Shown in pieces: positions 47,656 to 58,138 of a DNA stretch of 64,000 nucleotides. The position numbers and the translations under genes are program-made. Where the stretch lies: the NCBI GenBank assembly GCA_965263035.1, contig OZ253580.1:2528001-2592000 (forward strand). Direction: 5' to 3'. Numbering within the stretch: position 1 is the first letter of the stretch; every line of letters starts with the position of its first letter. The notes under the pieces were generated by a model that was not told the DNA's origin, did not search any database, and worked only from the letters and a program-made list of their open reading frames with translations. Source of the stretch: Acidobacteriota bacterium (GTDB lineage: Bacteria; Acidobacteriota; UBA6911; RPQK01; JAJDTT01).

Positions 47656-49986
47656 TCAAGTTCGGACCATGGAAAAAAGGAGAATGGCGCCCGTACTGAA
47701 CAGGAGATTGGGACCCCAGGCGGCCAGCAGCGGCGAGAGCAGGCCGTTGGCGCCCATCATGCCGAAGATCCCAAAGGCGCCCCAGTAGCAGATCCCGATG
47801 AGCACCCCGGCCGCAATGCCGTAGAGCGCCCCCTTGCGACCCATGGAGAAGGCGAAGGGGATGCCCAGTATGGCCATGATGGGTGTGACCAGAGGCAGGG
47901 AGATCTTGGTGTAGAGATCCGTCTTCAGGTGGTCCACCTCGAAGCCTCCCTGTTGCAGGTCGAGGATGTACCGGTTCAGCTCCGGGTAGGTCATCTTGCT
48001 GGATTCCTTCACTTCACGGGCGAAGTACTCGGGACCTTCGCTCAGTTCGAATTCACGGCTCTCGAACCGGATGAAATCTTTTCGCTCCGGGTGTTCCAGC
48101 TCTCTGATCCAGCCTTGGGACAGGACCCACCGTCCGGTGTGCCGGTCCCAGGCCGCCTTCTGAGAATAGACGTGCCGTTTCAGCCGTCCCTCCTGGATGT
48201 CCAGGTCGAGGACGGAAAGGTCGCCGAAAAGGCCCCGCTGGGCATCGAAGTAATTGTAGTGGTAGAGCCGTTTCCCCTCGCCGAAGATCCAATTTCGTCC
48301 TTGCTGGTAGAAGGTCTGGACGGGACGGCCCTTGATGATGGTGCGCAGGTTGTCCTGCCGCTGGTTGGCGTAGGGAAGGACGTATTCCTGGAGCACGTAG
48401 AGGAAGGTTCCCACCAGCAGAGTCAGCCCCAGCACCGGCAGGCTCACGCGGTACACGCTGACGCCGCAGGCCTTGAGCGCCGTGATCTGACCCGTCTTGT
48501 CCAGCAGGCCGAAGGTGACGAGGGTGCCGATGAGGATGGAAAGGGGCACCAGCAGCATCAGGATGTGGGGCGCCAGGTAGAAGAAGTAGGAGATCAACAA
48601 GCCGTAGGGACTATCGTATTCCAGGACGTCGTCGATGAGGTCGAAAAAGGTGAAGAGATAGAAGAGGGCCATCGTGACCGAGAGGGCGAGGAAGGAGTAG
48701 AGGAGAAAGGTCTTCACCAGGTAGAGATCGATGACGCGAGCCACTCGGGGCCGCATCTGGATCAGGCGGGACCGGCGCCGTTGGAAGCCGGAACTGCTTC
48801 GAATCGTCGAGAGCATCCGCCGGAAACTCTGGGCGGCTCGGGTCAACTTCCGGTCCAGACGAGGGTAGACCTGGCGCCAGCGCAACGGTCTCGAATCCAA
48901 GGCGCCGTAACGGAATGTGGCCCAAGCCAGCAATCCCGTCAGCAGGTTGGTTCCCCACACACCCACCAGGGGATGCAGCATCCCGCCGCGGGCCAACTCG
49001 AAACCGGTCGCGAAGAGGACATAGTAGGCCAGCGCCACCACTACGCTGGCCACCAGCCCGTATCCGCGCCCGCCACGATGATTGCGGGCGCCCAGAGCGA
49101 CTCCCAGCACGGCGAAGATGATCGGCGAAACCGCCAGCGCCAACCGGCGGTTCAACTCCATCCAACTCCGGTCTCGCGTGGCGCCCGGATCGCCTTGGAT
49201 CTCCCTCCAGAGTTGAGTTGGCGCTTTGTCTTCGGAGCGCCTGGGACCGTTCGAGTTCTGTTCCACTGGAGGGAGTGGGAGCGCAAAGTCCCAATTGCGA
49301 AACCGGCTCAGCGTCATTTTTTCGGGAGCGTCCCGCGGGGTGTTGTAGCGCAGCCCGTCCTCAAGATGTAACTGGACCCGGCGCTTGTCTTCGTCGATGA
49401 GGGCCTCCCCGCCCCGGGAGAGGACGATTTCGGTCTCCGCATCGCTGCCGGTGGAAAGGAAGACCCCGTTCCAGAATCCGTTCCTCAGGTCCACGTCGCC
49501 GGCGTAGAGCACCCAACCCTTCGGCAGCCCTTCGTAGAAGACGCGCGCTTTGATCCGGGAAAGGACCGGCTGGACGCCGATCTCATGACGGAGCGTCTGC
49601 AGGTTCCAGTTCCCGGCCGGCAGCAACACCAGGGTGAGTCCCAGCGTGAGCAGGCTCACCAGCAATCCGATGTTGACCACGTGGCGCACCATCCGGTGGA
49701 CGCCGATCCCGCAGGCTCGCATGGCCACGATCTCGCTGTCGGTGGAGAGGCGGCTGAATCCGATCAGCGTCCCGATGAGGAAGGAGAGGGGCACGCTGAA
49801 GACCAGGATGCTGGGCAGAATCGACAACACGGTCTTGACGACCGTCAGGACGGGAGCGTCGGCTCGGATGAGGAGCTCGGTCAGGCGGCCGAACTCCCGG
49901 GTCAGAACGGCGAAGGTGAGGAACAGGAGGGTGATCAGGGAAGGGGGCGCAATCTCCTGGTTGATGAGCTTGTTGATCTTGGTCAT
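47656..49986 (-). CDS. lptF: fused LptF-LptG LPS export permease
   Basis: Two YjgP/YjgQ-type halves (EIVAMRACG and QITALKACG; VWGTN and AWGPN). Confidence 0.9.
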   Translation of the reverse strand: MTKINKLINQEIAPPSLITLLFLTFAVLTREFGRLTELLIRADAPVLTVVKTVLSILPSILVFSVPLSFLIGTLIGFSRLSTDSEIVAMRACGIGVHRMVRHVVNIGLLVSLLTLGLTLVLLPAGNWNLQTLRHEIGVQPVLSRIKARVFYEGLPKGWVLYAGDVDLRNGFWNGVFLSTGSDAETEIVLSRGGEALIDEDKRRVQLHLEDGLRYNTPRDAPEKMTLSRFRNWDFALPLPPVEQNSNGPRRSEDKAPTQLWREIQGDPGATRDRSWMELNRRLALAVSPIIFAVLGVALGARNHRGGRGYGLVASVVVALAYYVLFATGFELARGGMLHPLVGVWGTNLLTGLLAWATFRYGALDSRPLRWRQVYPRLDRKLTRAAQSFRRMLSTIRSSSGFQRRRSRLIQMRPRVARVIDLYLVKTFLLYSFLALSVTMALFYLFTFFDLIDDVLEYDSPYGLLISYFFYLAPHILMLLVPLSILIGTLVTFGLLDKTGQITALKACGVSVYRVSLPVLGLTLLVGTFLYVLQEYVLPYANQRQDNLRTIIKGRPVQTFYQQGRNWIFGEGKRLYHYNYFDAQRGLFGDLSVLDLDIQEGRLKRHVYSQKAAWDRHTGRWVLSQGWIRELEHPERKDFIRFESREFELSEGPEYFAREVKESSKMTYPELNRYILDLQQGGFEVDHLKTDLYTKISLPLVTPIMAILGIPFAFSMGRKGALYGIAAGVLIGICYWGAFGIFGMMGANGLLSPLLAAWGPNLLFSTGAILLFSMVRT

Positions 49987-50156
49987 GGCCGCGCCGTAGC
50001 TACCCGGTCACCTGTCCCGAGACCGGACAATCTACCAAAAATAGACATGATTCCCATTGGGAGATTCCAATGGATGAGCGGAGGGGAAACTTCCGGTCCC
50101 TCCTAAACCCCCTGTCGGCGACTGGAAAGTCGCCGCTCCAGTGCTAGAATTTCCAC

Positions 50157-50777
50157 GTGATTCTCCACGACCTGGGGGTCCTGCCGTTTGCGGAGGCTTT
50201 TGCGCTTCAGGACGAGACGGTCCGTCGAGTTGCGGCCGGTCGTCAGGAGGAGACTCTCCATCTGGTGGTGCATCCCCACGTCTTTACCGTGGGGAGCGGG
50301 GGAAACGCACAGAACCTGCTGGCCCCTTTTGATCCTGAGGGACGTCCCATCGACTTGGTCCGAATCAATCGCGGGGGCGACGTGACCTACCACGGACCGG
50401 GACAACTGGTCGGGTACCCGCATCTGGACTTGCGGAGACGGGGACGCGACGTGGGGTTGTTCCTGCGGACCCTGGAGCAGAGCCTGCTGGACACGGCCGC
50501 CCATTTCAGGGTGCAGGCGTTCCGCAGGGAAGGCCTGACCGGCATCTGGACCCGGCGGGGCAAGCTGGGGTCCATCGGCGTGGGGGTGCGCCGTTGGGTC
50601 ACCATGCATGGGTTCGCCCTGAACCTGAACCCCGACATGAGGTACTTCCAGTTGATCAACCCCTGCGGCATGGCAGGCTGTCCCGTCACTTCGCTGGCAG
50701 CCGAGGCGGGAGCCGAGCCGGGCATGGAGGAGGTCAAGGAAGTCTACTGGCGCTCGTTTCGCCGGGTTTTCGGCTGA
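50157..50777 (+). CDS. lipB: octanoyltransferase LipB
   Basis: HPHVFTVG, NRGGDVTYHGPGQLVGYP, KLGSIG, HGFALN, INPCG. Confidence 0.95.
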   Translation: MILHDLGVLPFAEAFALQDETVRRVAAGRQEETLHLVVHPHVFTVGSGGNAQNLLAPFDPEGRPIDLVRINRGGDVTYHGPGQLVGYPHLDLRRRGRDVGLFLRTLEQSLLDTAAHFRVQAFRREGLTGIWTRRGKLGSIGVGVRRWVTMHGFALNLNPDMRYFQLINPCGMAGCPVTSLAAEAGAEPGMEEVKEVYWRSFRRVFG

Positions 50778-50837
50778 GAGAGTGGAGGGGCGATTTCCAG
50801 TCGCCCATTCCTCGATGTCCCGTCCGCTCGGAAGGGC

Positions 50838-51365
50838 TCAATCTTTTTGCGGCGCCGGCGAGCTCTCCAGGAGCTTCGCCATGTCGTAGACCATTCCTTC
50901 CCGCGTGTAGGAGGAGAACTCCAGAATCCCCGTGTCCATCCGGATGGCGTCCTCGGGACACGCCTCCACGCAGTAGCCGCAGAAGACGCAGAGACCCAGG
51001 TCGATGTCGAACCGAACCGGATATTTTTCGATCTGGGGGTTGGGGTGCTCACCGGCCACGATGTAGATGCAGCGGGCGGGACAAGCCGTTTCGCACATCA
51101 TGCAGGCCACGCATCGGGGCGAGCCATCTTCCCGCCGAGTCAGCCGATGCAGGGTCCGCAGCCTGGAGGCCAGCGGCCGCCGTTCTTCCGGATACTGATA
51201 GGTTTCGGCGCCGCGAAGATGCCGCGCCAATCCCACCTTGTGGGCCAGGTGGATAAGTATGTTGCGGAAGAAATGGCGCGCGGTGAGCCGAAGTCCCTTC
51301 AGGATTCCCGGAAGATAGGTGGATTCCCAGAAACTCAGCTGGGCCTCGACCTTCTTGATGGCCAT
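50838..51365 (-). CDS. nuoI: NADH-quinone oxidoreductase subunit I
   Basis: TYQYPEE and two CxxCxxCxxxCP motifs. Confidence 0.93.
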   Translation of the reverse strand: MAIKKVEAQLSFWESTYLPGILKGLRLTARHFFRNILIHLAHKVGLARHLRGAETYQYPEERRPLASRLRTLHRLTRREDGSPRCVACMMCETACPARCIYIVAGEHPNPQIEKYPVRFDIDLGLCVFCGYCVEACPEDAIRMDTGILEFSSYTREGMVYDMAKLLESSPAPQKD

Positions 51366-51455
51366 GATCAGTTCCCGCTCATTTCCCGCGTCGTCGTCCG
51401 AACGCCATGAGACTACGCCGACTGGCTCTCCTCTGGCAAGACAGATACTTCGTCA

Positions 51456-52538
51456 TCAATTCGTTCCCTGCCACAAGAGGACCACCCCCGTCACCAGGAT
51501 GTTGAGGATGGAGAGGGGCAACACCATGGTCCAACCCAATCTCAAGAGCTGGTCCCACCGAAAGCGGGGCAGGGTCCAGCGGATGAGCATGAAGATGAAG
51601 CAGAAGAACGAGACCTTGAAGAGGAAAGCGCCGACCTGAAGCAACAGCACCACAGTCTGGGGAAGAGGCCAGGCGGCGCCCCACGGAAACTCGAATCCGC
51701 CCGGCGTGAGATAGGGCACCTGCCACCCCCCCAGAAACAGGGTGGTGACCAGGGAGGCCGCCAGCACCGTCTCCACGAAATCGGCGGTGTAGAACATGCC
51801 GAACTTCATCCCGCTGTATTCGACGAAATAGCCGATGATCTCCGATTCCCCTTCCGGAATGTCGAAGGGGACCCGTTTGGTCTCGGCCAGCGCGGCGGTG
51901 GTGAACAGGATGAAACCCAGCGGCTGCAGGACGATCCCCCAACGGGGAAGCCAGCCGAGCAACAGCTCTCCCTGCTGGAGCACCATCTCCTGGAGATGGA
52001 GCGTCCCGAAGACCATGATCAGGCCGATGACGGTGGCGCCCAGGGTGATTTCGTAGGCGATCATCTGGCTGGAGGCCCTCAGGCCTCCCAAAAGGGCGTA
52101 GTTGTTGGCGGAAGACCAGCCGGCAAGAACGAAGCCGTAGATCCCCATGCTCATGGTGGCCAACACGTAGAGGAGACCCACGTTCAAGTCCAGGATCTGG
52201 AGCGACACCGTGTGTCCCCCCAACTCGTAGATGCCCCCGAAGGGTATGACGGCAAAGCTCACCAGGGGGAAGAAGAGGGCGATGACGGGAGCCAGGGTGT
52301 GGACCAGGCGGTTCCCCTGATTGGGAACGAAGTCCTCCTTGGTCAGCATCTTGAGGGCGTCGGCGATGGGGTGAAAGAGCCCCAGCAAGCGCAGGCCCAG
52401 GATGCTGGCCCGGTTGGCGCCGATTCGATCCTGCATCACGGCGCTCTGCTTCCGCTCCAGCCAACTGAGCAGATAGACGAAGCCCATGACCACGTTGAAA
52501 AAGAAGAAGACCTTGGCCAGAACGATCAGGGTACTCAT
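51456..52538 (-). CDS. nuoH: NADH-quinone oxidoreductase subunit H
   Basis: ERK...QDRIG, IADALK, AETKRVPFD, EYSGMKF, PRFRWDQL. Confidence 0.95.
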   Translation of the reverse strand: MSTLIVLAKVFFFFNVVMGFVYLLSWLERKQSAVMQDRIGANRASILGLRLLGLFHPIADALKMLTKEDFVPNQGNRLVHTLAPVIALFFPLVSFAVIPFGGIYELGGHTVSLQILDLNVGLLYVLATMSMGIYGFVLAGWSSANNYALLGGLRASSQMIAYEITLGATVIGLIMVFGTLHLQEMVLQQGELLLGWLPRWGIVLQPLGFILFTTAALAETKRVPFDIPEGESEIIGYFVEYSGMKFGMFYTADFVETVLAASLVTTLFLGGWQVPYLTPGGFEFPWGAAWPLPQTVVLLLQVGAFLFKVSFFCFIFMLIRWTLPRFRWDQLLRLGWTMVLPLSILNILVTGVVLLWQGTN

Positions 52539-52561
52539 CTTGTTCGGGTGCGGGACCCCCG

Positions 52562-54148
52562 TCAGCCGGCGCCGTTCGAGCCGAGGATCTCCCCGAACTC
52601 GCCCAGATCCTGGTAGCTCCGGCCCCGCCACTCGGAGAAGAGGTCCTCCGGTTCCGGGTAGAACAGGGCATGGCCCAATCGTTGGGCCAGGTCACAAAGG
52701 ATCTCCAGGTCCGGCCTGGACTCTCCCAGCGGTAGCAGCGCCTGGGCAAAGTGTTGGACCCGTCCCTCGAAATTGGTGAACGTCCCTTCCTTCTCCATGT
52801 GGGTGACGCCGGGAAGGACGGCGTCGGCCATTCGGGCCGTGGAGTTCCAGTTGGCGCCCTGGAACACCACGTACTCGGCCTGCCGGATCAACTCTCCGGC
52901 CTGGTCCGAATCGAAGTCGTGCCCAAAGACGTAAAGGACTTTCACTCCACCGGCCGCGGCATCCCCCAGGGTCCGCTCCGCGTCACCCTGCAAACCCAGA
53001 TCCACGGCCCCGCGGCTGTTGGGGTTCCGGTCTCCCAGCAGCAGAAGCCCGTCCTCCGCCGCCGTTTTCTCCCAGGGATTCCGGAATGGAATTCCGGCGA
53101 CACCCAACTGCTCCTGGAACAACTTCCGGACCAGATAGAGCTCCTCGTTGGATTGCTGGGGAGAAGCGATGATGCCCAATCCCTCCGCTCCGAACTTCTC
53201 GACGGTGGTTCGCAGGGCCGTGGCCACCTCCTCCAGGACCTCCTCCCAGGCGCGAGGTTGGAGTTCCCCTCCAATGCGCAGGCAGGGGTTCTCGATGCGA
53301 TCCCGGTCGACGAAACCGTAGCCGAATCGGCCCTGATCGCACATCCACCATTGGTTCACCAGCGGGTTGAACCTTGGCTTGAGCCTCTGGACCCTCCTGC
53401 CGTCCGCCTTGTAGCTGCGCTGCACATTGAAGTGGACCGCGATGTTGCAGCCCCGGGAGCAACCGTTGCAGACGGACGCTTCCTGCGAGAGGTACCAGAC
53501 CCGGCACTGGAAGCGGAACTCCCGCTCGGTCAACGCCCCCACCGGACAGATGTCGATGACGTTCCCCGAGTAGTTGTTGTCCAGCTCCCGGCCTGGGAAC
53601 AGGTCGATGACCGACCGGTCGCCTCGATCCAGTACCCCCAGCTCATGGCTCCCCGACACCTCTTCACAGAAGCGGACGCAGCGGGTGCAGAGGATGCACC
53701 GCTCCTGGTCCAGCATGACGTGGGGTCCGATGGGAAAAGCCTTCTTCCGTTTGATCTTGTCTTCGTAGACCCGGCTCTCGTGCAGCCCATGCTCCATGTA
53801 GAAATTCTGGAGATCGCATTCTCCCGACTGGTCGCACACGGGACAGTCCAGGGGATGGTTGACCAGCAGAAACTCCAGCATGGCCTGGCGCATCCGGAGG
53901 ACCTGCTCCGAATCGGTGGAGACCTTCATGCCGTCCCGGACGCGAATGTGGCAGGAGATCTGCAGCTTGGGCATGCCTTCGATCTCGACCGCGCACATGC
54001 GGCAGCTGCCGGCGACGCTGAGTCCCGGGTGGTAGCAGTAGCGGGGAACCATCACCCCCAACCGCTCCGCGGCCTCCAGGACGTTGGTGCCCGGTTCGAC
54101 CTGGATGTCCTGTCCGTCGATATTGACCGTATCCATCGGATTCACCAT
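52562..54148 (-). CDS. nuoG: NADH-quinone oxidoreductase subunit G (short form)
   Basis: CYHPGL..GSCRMC, NHPLDCPVCDQSGECDLQ, CILCTRCVRFC, CxxCSRGC. Confidence 0.93.
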   Translation of the reverse strand: MVNPMDTVNIDGQDIQVEPGTNVLEAAERLGVMVPRYCYHPGLSVAGSCRMCAVEIEGMPKLQISCHIRVRDGMKVSTDSEQVLRMRQAMLEFLLVNHPLDCPVCDQSGECDLQNFYMEHGLHESRVYEDKIKRKKAFPIGPHVMLDQERCILCTRCVRFCEEVSGSHELGVLDRGDRSVIDLFPGRELDNNYSGNVIDICPVGALTEREFRFQCRVWYLSQEASVCNGCSRGCNIAVHFNVQRSYKADGRRVQRLKPRFNPLVNQWWMCDQGRFGYGFVDRDRIENPCLRIGGELQPRAWEEVLEEVATALRTTVEKFGAEGLGIIASPQQSNEELYLVRKLFQEQLGVAGIPFRNPWEKTAAEDGLLLLGDRNPNSRGAVDLGLQGDAERTLGDAAAGGVKVLYVFGHDFDSDQAGELIRQAEYVVFQGANWNSTARMADAVLPGVTHMEKEGTFTNFEGRVQHFAQALLPLGESRPDLEILCDLAQRLGHALFYPEPEDLFSEWRGRSYQDLGEFGEILGSNGAG

Positions 54149-54150
54149 AT

Positions 54151-54309
54151 CAGCCCGCGGCAAAAGTCGTCACGGCATTCGACCGGGTCTGCATCGTGCG
54201 CGAACTGCGTTGCTCCTCGGTCACATACTCCCGGTATGCTCCCTCAGAGCGCCTTGTCCGGCGGGCGCAGCCCCGGTTTCGGTGCTCGCGGGACTTTCGC
54301 CGCGGACTG
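54151..54309. mobile_element. MITE family B (159 bp) between nuoF and nuoG
   Basis: TIRs CAGCCCGCGGCAAAAGTC and GACTTTCGCCGCGGACTG (16/18 match); ATAT on both flanks. Confidence 0.7.
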
Positions 54310-54339
54310 ATATCAGCCCGGAGCCGTGCCGGGACGCCG

Positions 54340-55638
54340 TCACTCTTGGGCCCCGGCCGGAACCCGCCGCTCCAAATCGCATCTCCCGTGCTTCAGGTGG
54401 TAGTCGAACTCGTCTCTGAACTTGACCAGGAAACTCCGCAAGGGCATGGCGGCGCCGTCACAAAGGGCGCAGATGGACGTCCCCGACATGTTGTCCGCGA
54501 TCTGCAGGAGGTCCTCCACGGAACACCGCCTCGCCCGGCCCGCGTGAATGGCGTCCACCGTCCGGGCCACCCACCCGGTGCCCTCCCGGCAGGGGGTGCA
54601 CTGGCCGCACGACTCGTGGGCATAGAAGTGGCTGATCACCCGCATGGCCTCCACCATGCAGACGTCCTCGGCCATGACCACGATTCCGGCAGAACCCAGC
54701 ATGGAACCGATCCTGGCCAGGTGGTCGAAATCCAGAGGCACGCCGATCTCGTCGGCGGTCAGGACGGCGGCCGAGCTTCCTCCGGGGATCACCGCCTTCA
54801 ACTGCTTGCCGTCGGCCATGCCCCCTCCACAATCGTAGATCAGCTCCCTGAGGGGCGTCCCCATGGGGAGTTCATAGACCCCCGGCCGCTTGACGTCGCC
54901 GGAGAGAGAGAAAAGCCGCAGGCCTCCGTTGCGCTCCGAGCCCAGGTTCGCAAACCACTCCCCGCCGTTGGTGACGATGTGGGGAAGATAGGTCAGGGAT
55001 TCCACGTTGTTGATGACCGTGGGGCATCCGAAGGCGCCCACCACCGCCGGGAACGGAGGCTTGAGCCGGGGCCACCCCTTCTTGCCCTCCAGCGACTCCA
55101 GCAGGCCGGTCTCCTCTCCGCAGATATAGGCCCCCGCTCCCACGTGCATGTAGACATCGAGAGAGAAGTCGCGGCCCAGGACCCGGCTCCCCAGAATACC
55201 CTCCCGATAGGCCTCTTCGATGGTTTCCCGGAGGATCCGTTCGGGATGGACGTACTCGCCGCGGATGTAGATGTAGGCAGTGTGGATTCCCACCGCGCGG
55301 GCGCAGATGATCATCCCTTCCAAGAGCCGATGGGGGTCCCACTCCATGATGTAGCGGTCCTTGAAGGTCCCCGGCTCACCCTCGTCGGCGTTGACCACGA
55401 GGTAGATGGGCTTGCCCGTGTCGCGGGGAACGAAGCTCCACTTTCGGCCCACCGGGAAGCCGGCGCCTCCCAGACCGCGGAGATTCGACTTCATGACCTC
55501 CTCGGTGATCCGTTCCGGAGCCATCTCATCCAGGGCCTTGAGAGCGGCCTGGTAGCCGCCGTGCTCGCGGTAGTAGTCGAGCTTGCGAGCCTGGGGATTG
55601 CCGAAGTCGCGGGAGATGAGCCGGAGCCGGTCCCTCAC
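54340..55638 (-). CDS. nuoF: NADH-quinone oxidoreductase subunit F
   Basis: LRGLGGAGFP, NADEGEPGTFKDR, GAGAYICGEET, ESCGQCTPCREG. Confidence 0.96.
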   Translation of the reverse strand: MRDRLRLISRDFGNPQARKLDYYREHGGYQAALKALDEMAPERITEEVMKSNLRGLGGAGFPVGRKWSFVPRDTGKPIYLVVNADEGEPGTFKDRYIMEWDPHRLLEGMIICARAVGIHTAYIYIRGEYVHPERILRETIEEAYREGILGSRVLGRDFSLDVYMHVGAGAYICGEETGLLESLEGKKGWPRLKPPFPAVVGAFGCPTVINNVESLTYLPHIVTNGGEWFANLGSERNGGLRLFSLSGDVKRPGVYELPMGTPLRELIYDCGGGMADGKQLKAVIPGGSSAAVLTADEIGVPLDFDHLARIGSMLGSAGIVVMAEDVCMVEAMRVISHFYAHESCGQCTPCREGTGWVARTVDAIHAGRARRCSVEDLLQIADNMSGTSICALCDGAAMPLRSFLVKFRDEFDYHLKHGRCDLERRVPAGAQE

Positions 55639-56192
55639 GCCTCCCCTCGCAAAGTCTCACCATCCAGGATCCGGTCCGCCGGAGGGGCGATTTCCAATCG
55701 CCCGTTCCGGCCTTGTGATTTCTCTCCATCCAGGATCCGGTCCACCTCCGACCGGTTCAGGGGGCCATGGTAGCCGTCCCCCAATTGCATCATGGGAGCC
55801 AGCTCGCAGGCGCCCATGCACTGTGGGACCGCCTCCCAGCTGAACTCACCGTCGGCAGTGGTTCCTCCGCTGGCGACTCCCAGTTTCTCCCCAAGGTATC
55901 TCTGGACGCCGCGGCAACCTCGGACCCAGCAGGAGATGCTGGTGCAGAGGCGAATGTGCCGGCGGCCCATGGGACGGGTCCGGTACAGGGTGTAGAAGGT
56001 CAGGACCTCGTGGACGTCGATGACCGGCAAGCCGAGAACCTGGGCCACGTGCTCCTCTCCTTCGGGGGAGACGTAACCCAACTGCTCCTGCACCAGGTGA
56101 AGGGCGGGGAGCAGAGCCGCTCGCCGAGTGGGATAGACCTTGAGCAGGGACTCCAGGCGCTCCCTTCTCTCCCGGGTGAACTCGAAACTCAA
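55635..56192 (-). CDS. nuoE: NADH-quinone oxidoreductase subunit E
   Basis: TFYTLY, CTSISC, CMGAC; TTG start overlapping the nuoD stop. Confidence 0.92.
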   Translation of the reverse strand: MSFEFTRERRERLESLLKVYPTRRAALLPALHLVQEQLGYVSPEGEEHVAQVLGLPVIDVHEVLTFYTLYRTRPMGRRHIRLCTSISCWVRGCRGVQRYLGEKLGVASGGTTADGEFSWEAVPQCMGACELAPMMQLGDGYHGPLNRSEVDRILDGEKSQGRNGRLEIAPPADRILDGETLRGEA

Positions 56193-57514
56193 CGGTCCAG
56201 TTCTCCCGCGATCATGTTGACCGATCCGAAGGTGGGAACGATGTCCGCCATCTGGTCCCCTTCCAGGATGCTGGAGAGAGCCGCCATGATGGGGAAGCAG
56301 GGCGGACGGCAACGGACCCGCCAGGGCCGGTCGCTCCCGTCGCTGACGATATAGAAGGCCAACTCGCCGTTGGCGCCCTCCATCGGGAAATAGACTTCGC
56401 CGCGGGGAGGGCGAATCCCGTGGCCCATCATCACGATCTTGAAGTGATTCATCAGGCCCTCGATGTTGGAATAGACCTGCTCCTTGGCCGGAAGGCGGCT
56501 CGTCTTGTCGGCGGCGTAGACCCGGTCGTGGAAGCGCTTCTCCGATCCCTGGAGGGTCGGCTGGATCAGAACCTCGTTGCTCAGGAGGCCGCGAGTCTTG
56601 CCGAACTTGCCCAGATCCGCCATCAGGTCGGGGGAGATCAGTCTTCCCTCCGGGTCCACGTTGGTCGGACCCTCAGGCATCTGTTCCAGGCATTGCTCGA
56701 TGATCCGCAACGACTGCCGCATCTCCTCCATCCGAACCAGGTAGCGGTCCATGTTGTCGCCTTGCTCGCCCACCGGCACATCGAAATCCATGCGGTCGTA
56801 GACAAAGTAGGGGAAGGCCTTGCGAACGTCGTAGTCAATGCCCGTCGACCGCAGGAAGGGTCCCGTTATGCCGTAGGCCACGGCGGATTCGGCGGAGATG
56901 ACGCCCACTCCCCGCATCCGGTCGTAGAAGATGCGGTTGTGAGTCAGGAGATCATCCACTTCCTCCAGAACCTCTTCCACCTTGCCTATCACCTCTCGGC
57001 AACGCTCGGAGAAATCGGCGGTGAGGTCCGCCTTGACCCCGCCGATCCGGCCATAGGAGACGGTGAGCCGGGCGCCGGTGACCTCCTCCACCAGTTCCCA
57101 CAGCCACTCCCGGGCCTTGATCATGTACAGGAAAACGGAAAATGCCCCCAGCTCCATGGCCGAGGCTCCGATACAGGTCAGGTGATCGCAGATCCGGGAG
57201 ATCTCGCTCATGAGCACCCGGATGTATTGGCAGCGTTCCGGGACCTCGAGATCCATCAGTTTCTCGACTCCCGCGGCGAACGCGAAGTTGTTGATGACCG
57301 GGGAGACGTAGTTGAGCCGGTCGGTGTAGGGGAAACACTGGGTGTAGCTGGACGCCTCGCAATGCTTTTCGAATCCGCGGTGGAGGTACCCGATCTCCAC
57401 GTCGGCGCTACGGACCACTTCACCATCCAGGCCCAACGCGATGCGGATCACGCCGTGCATGGCCGGGTGGGCCGGTCCCGCGTTCAGCAACATGGTCCGG
57501 GTGGTCTCAGTCAT
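56189..57514 (-). CDS. nuoD: NADH-quinone oxidoreductase subunit D
   Basis: GPAHPAMHG, GYLHRGFEK, DRLNY, GELDR. Confidence 0.95.
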   Translation of the reverse strand: MTETTRTMLLNAGPAHPAMHGVIRIALGLDGEVVRSADVEIGYLHRGFEKHCEASSYTQCFPYTDRLNYVSPVINNFAFAAGVEKLMDLEVPERCQYIRVLMSEISRICDHLTCIGASAMELGAFSVFLYMIKAREWLWELVEEVTGARLTVSYGRIGGVKADLTADFSERCREVIGKVEEVLEEVDDLLTHNRIFYDRMRGVGVISAESAVAYGITGPFLRSTGIDYDVRKAFPYFVYDRMDFDVPVGEQGDNMDRYLVRMEEMRQSLRIIEQCLEQMPEGPTNVDPEGRLISPDLMADLGKFGKTRGLLSNEVLIQPTLQGSEKRFHDRVYAADKTSRLPAKEQVYSNIEGLMNHFKIVMMGHGIRPPRGEVYFPMEGANGELAFYIVSDGSDRPWRVRCRPPCFPIMAALSSILEGDQMADIVPTFGSVNMIAGELDR

Positions 57515-57524
57515 CGCGCCAGTT

Positions 57525-58004
57525 TCAATCCTTGGGGCCCACCAGGGGCTGCCGCTTGTCGATGGGATAGTCTTTTCGCAGGGGATGCCCCTGGAACTCT
57601 TCGTACATCAGGATGCGGCGCAAGTCGGGATGTCCTCGGAACCGGATCCCGAACATGTCGAATACCTCTCTCTCATACCAGTTGGCGGCCGGCCAAAGGG
57701 GCGTCACCGAGGGGGCCTCCGGAGACGAGCCGTCCACAGGCGCCTTCAACCGCAGCCGGGCGTTTTTCGACCGGGAATAGAGGTGGTAGACCAACTCGAA
57801 GCGGGGCTTCCGCTTCCAGTGGTCGACGGCCGTGAGGTCCATGAGGAAGTCGAAGCGGAGTTGGGGGTCCTCCTTCAGAAAACGTGCGACCCGGGCCAGA
57901 GCCTCCGGCTTCAGGGTGGCCGTATCCTCACCCAACCTGGAGTGGGTCCCCAGGATCTCTTCCGGAAAGCTCTCCTGGAGGCGGGTCAGGGATGTGCTCT
58001 GCAT
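57525..58004 (-). CDS. nuoC: NADH-quinone oxidoreductase subunit C
   Basis: WYEREVFDMFG, HPDLRRIL, GHPLRKDYP. Confidence 0.95.
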   Translation of the reverse strand: MQSTSLTRLQESFPEEILGTHSRLGEDTATLKPEALARVARFLKEDPQLRFDFLMDLTAVDHWKRKPRFELVYHLYSRSKNARLRLKAPVDGSSPEAPSVTPLWPAANWYEREVFDMFGIRFRGHPDLRRILMYEEFQGHPLRKDYPIDKRQPLVGPKD

Positions 58005-58138
58005 CGGAATGACGAACGTCCTTCGGCCAAATGGGATCAAGGTGCGCGCCGTATGCGGATACGCCGCAAGTGATCAGCCCGAAAAAACAGCGAAACCGGG
58101 GTCCGCCTGCCGGGCGCCCCGGCTTTCTCTTCCCTCTC

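Noticed and set aside
47656-49986. LptF-LptG fusion as a novelty
   Set aside because: To my knowledge such fusions are already common in Acidobacteriota annotations
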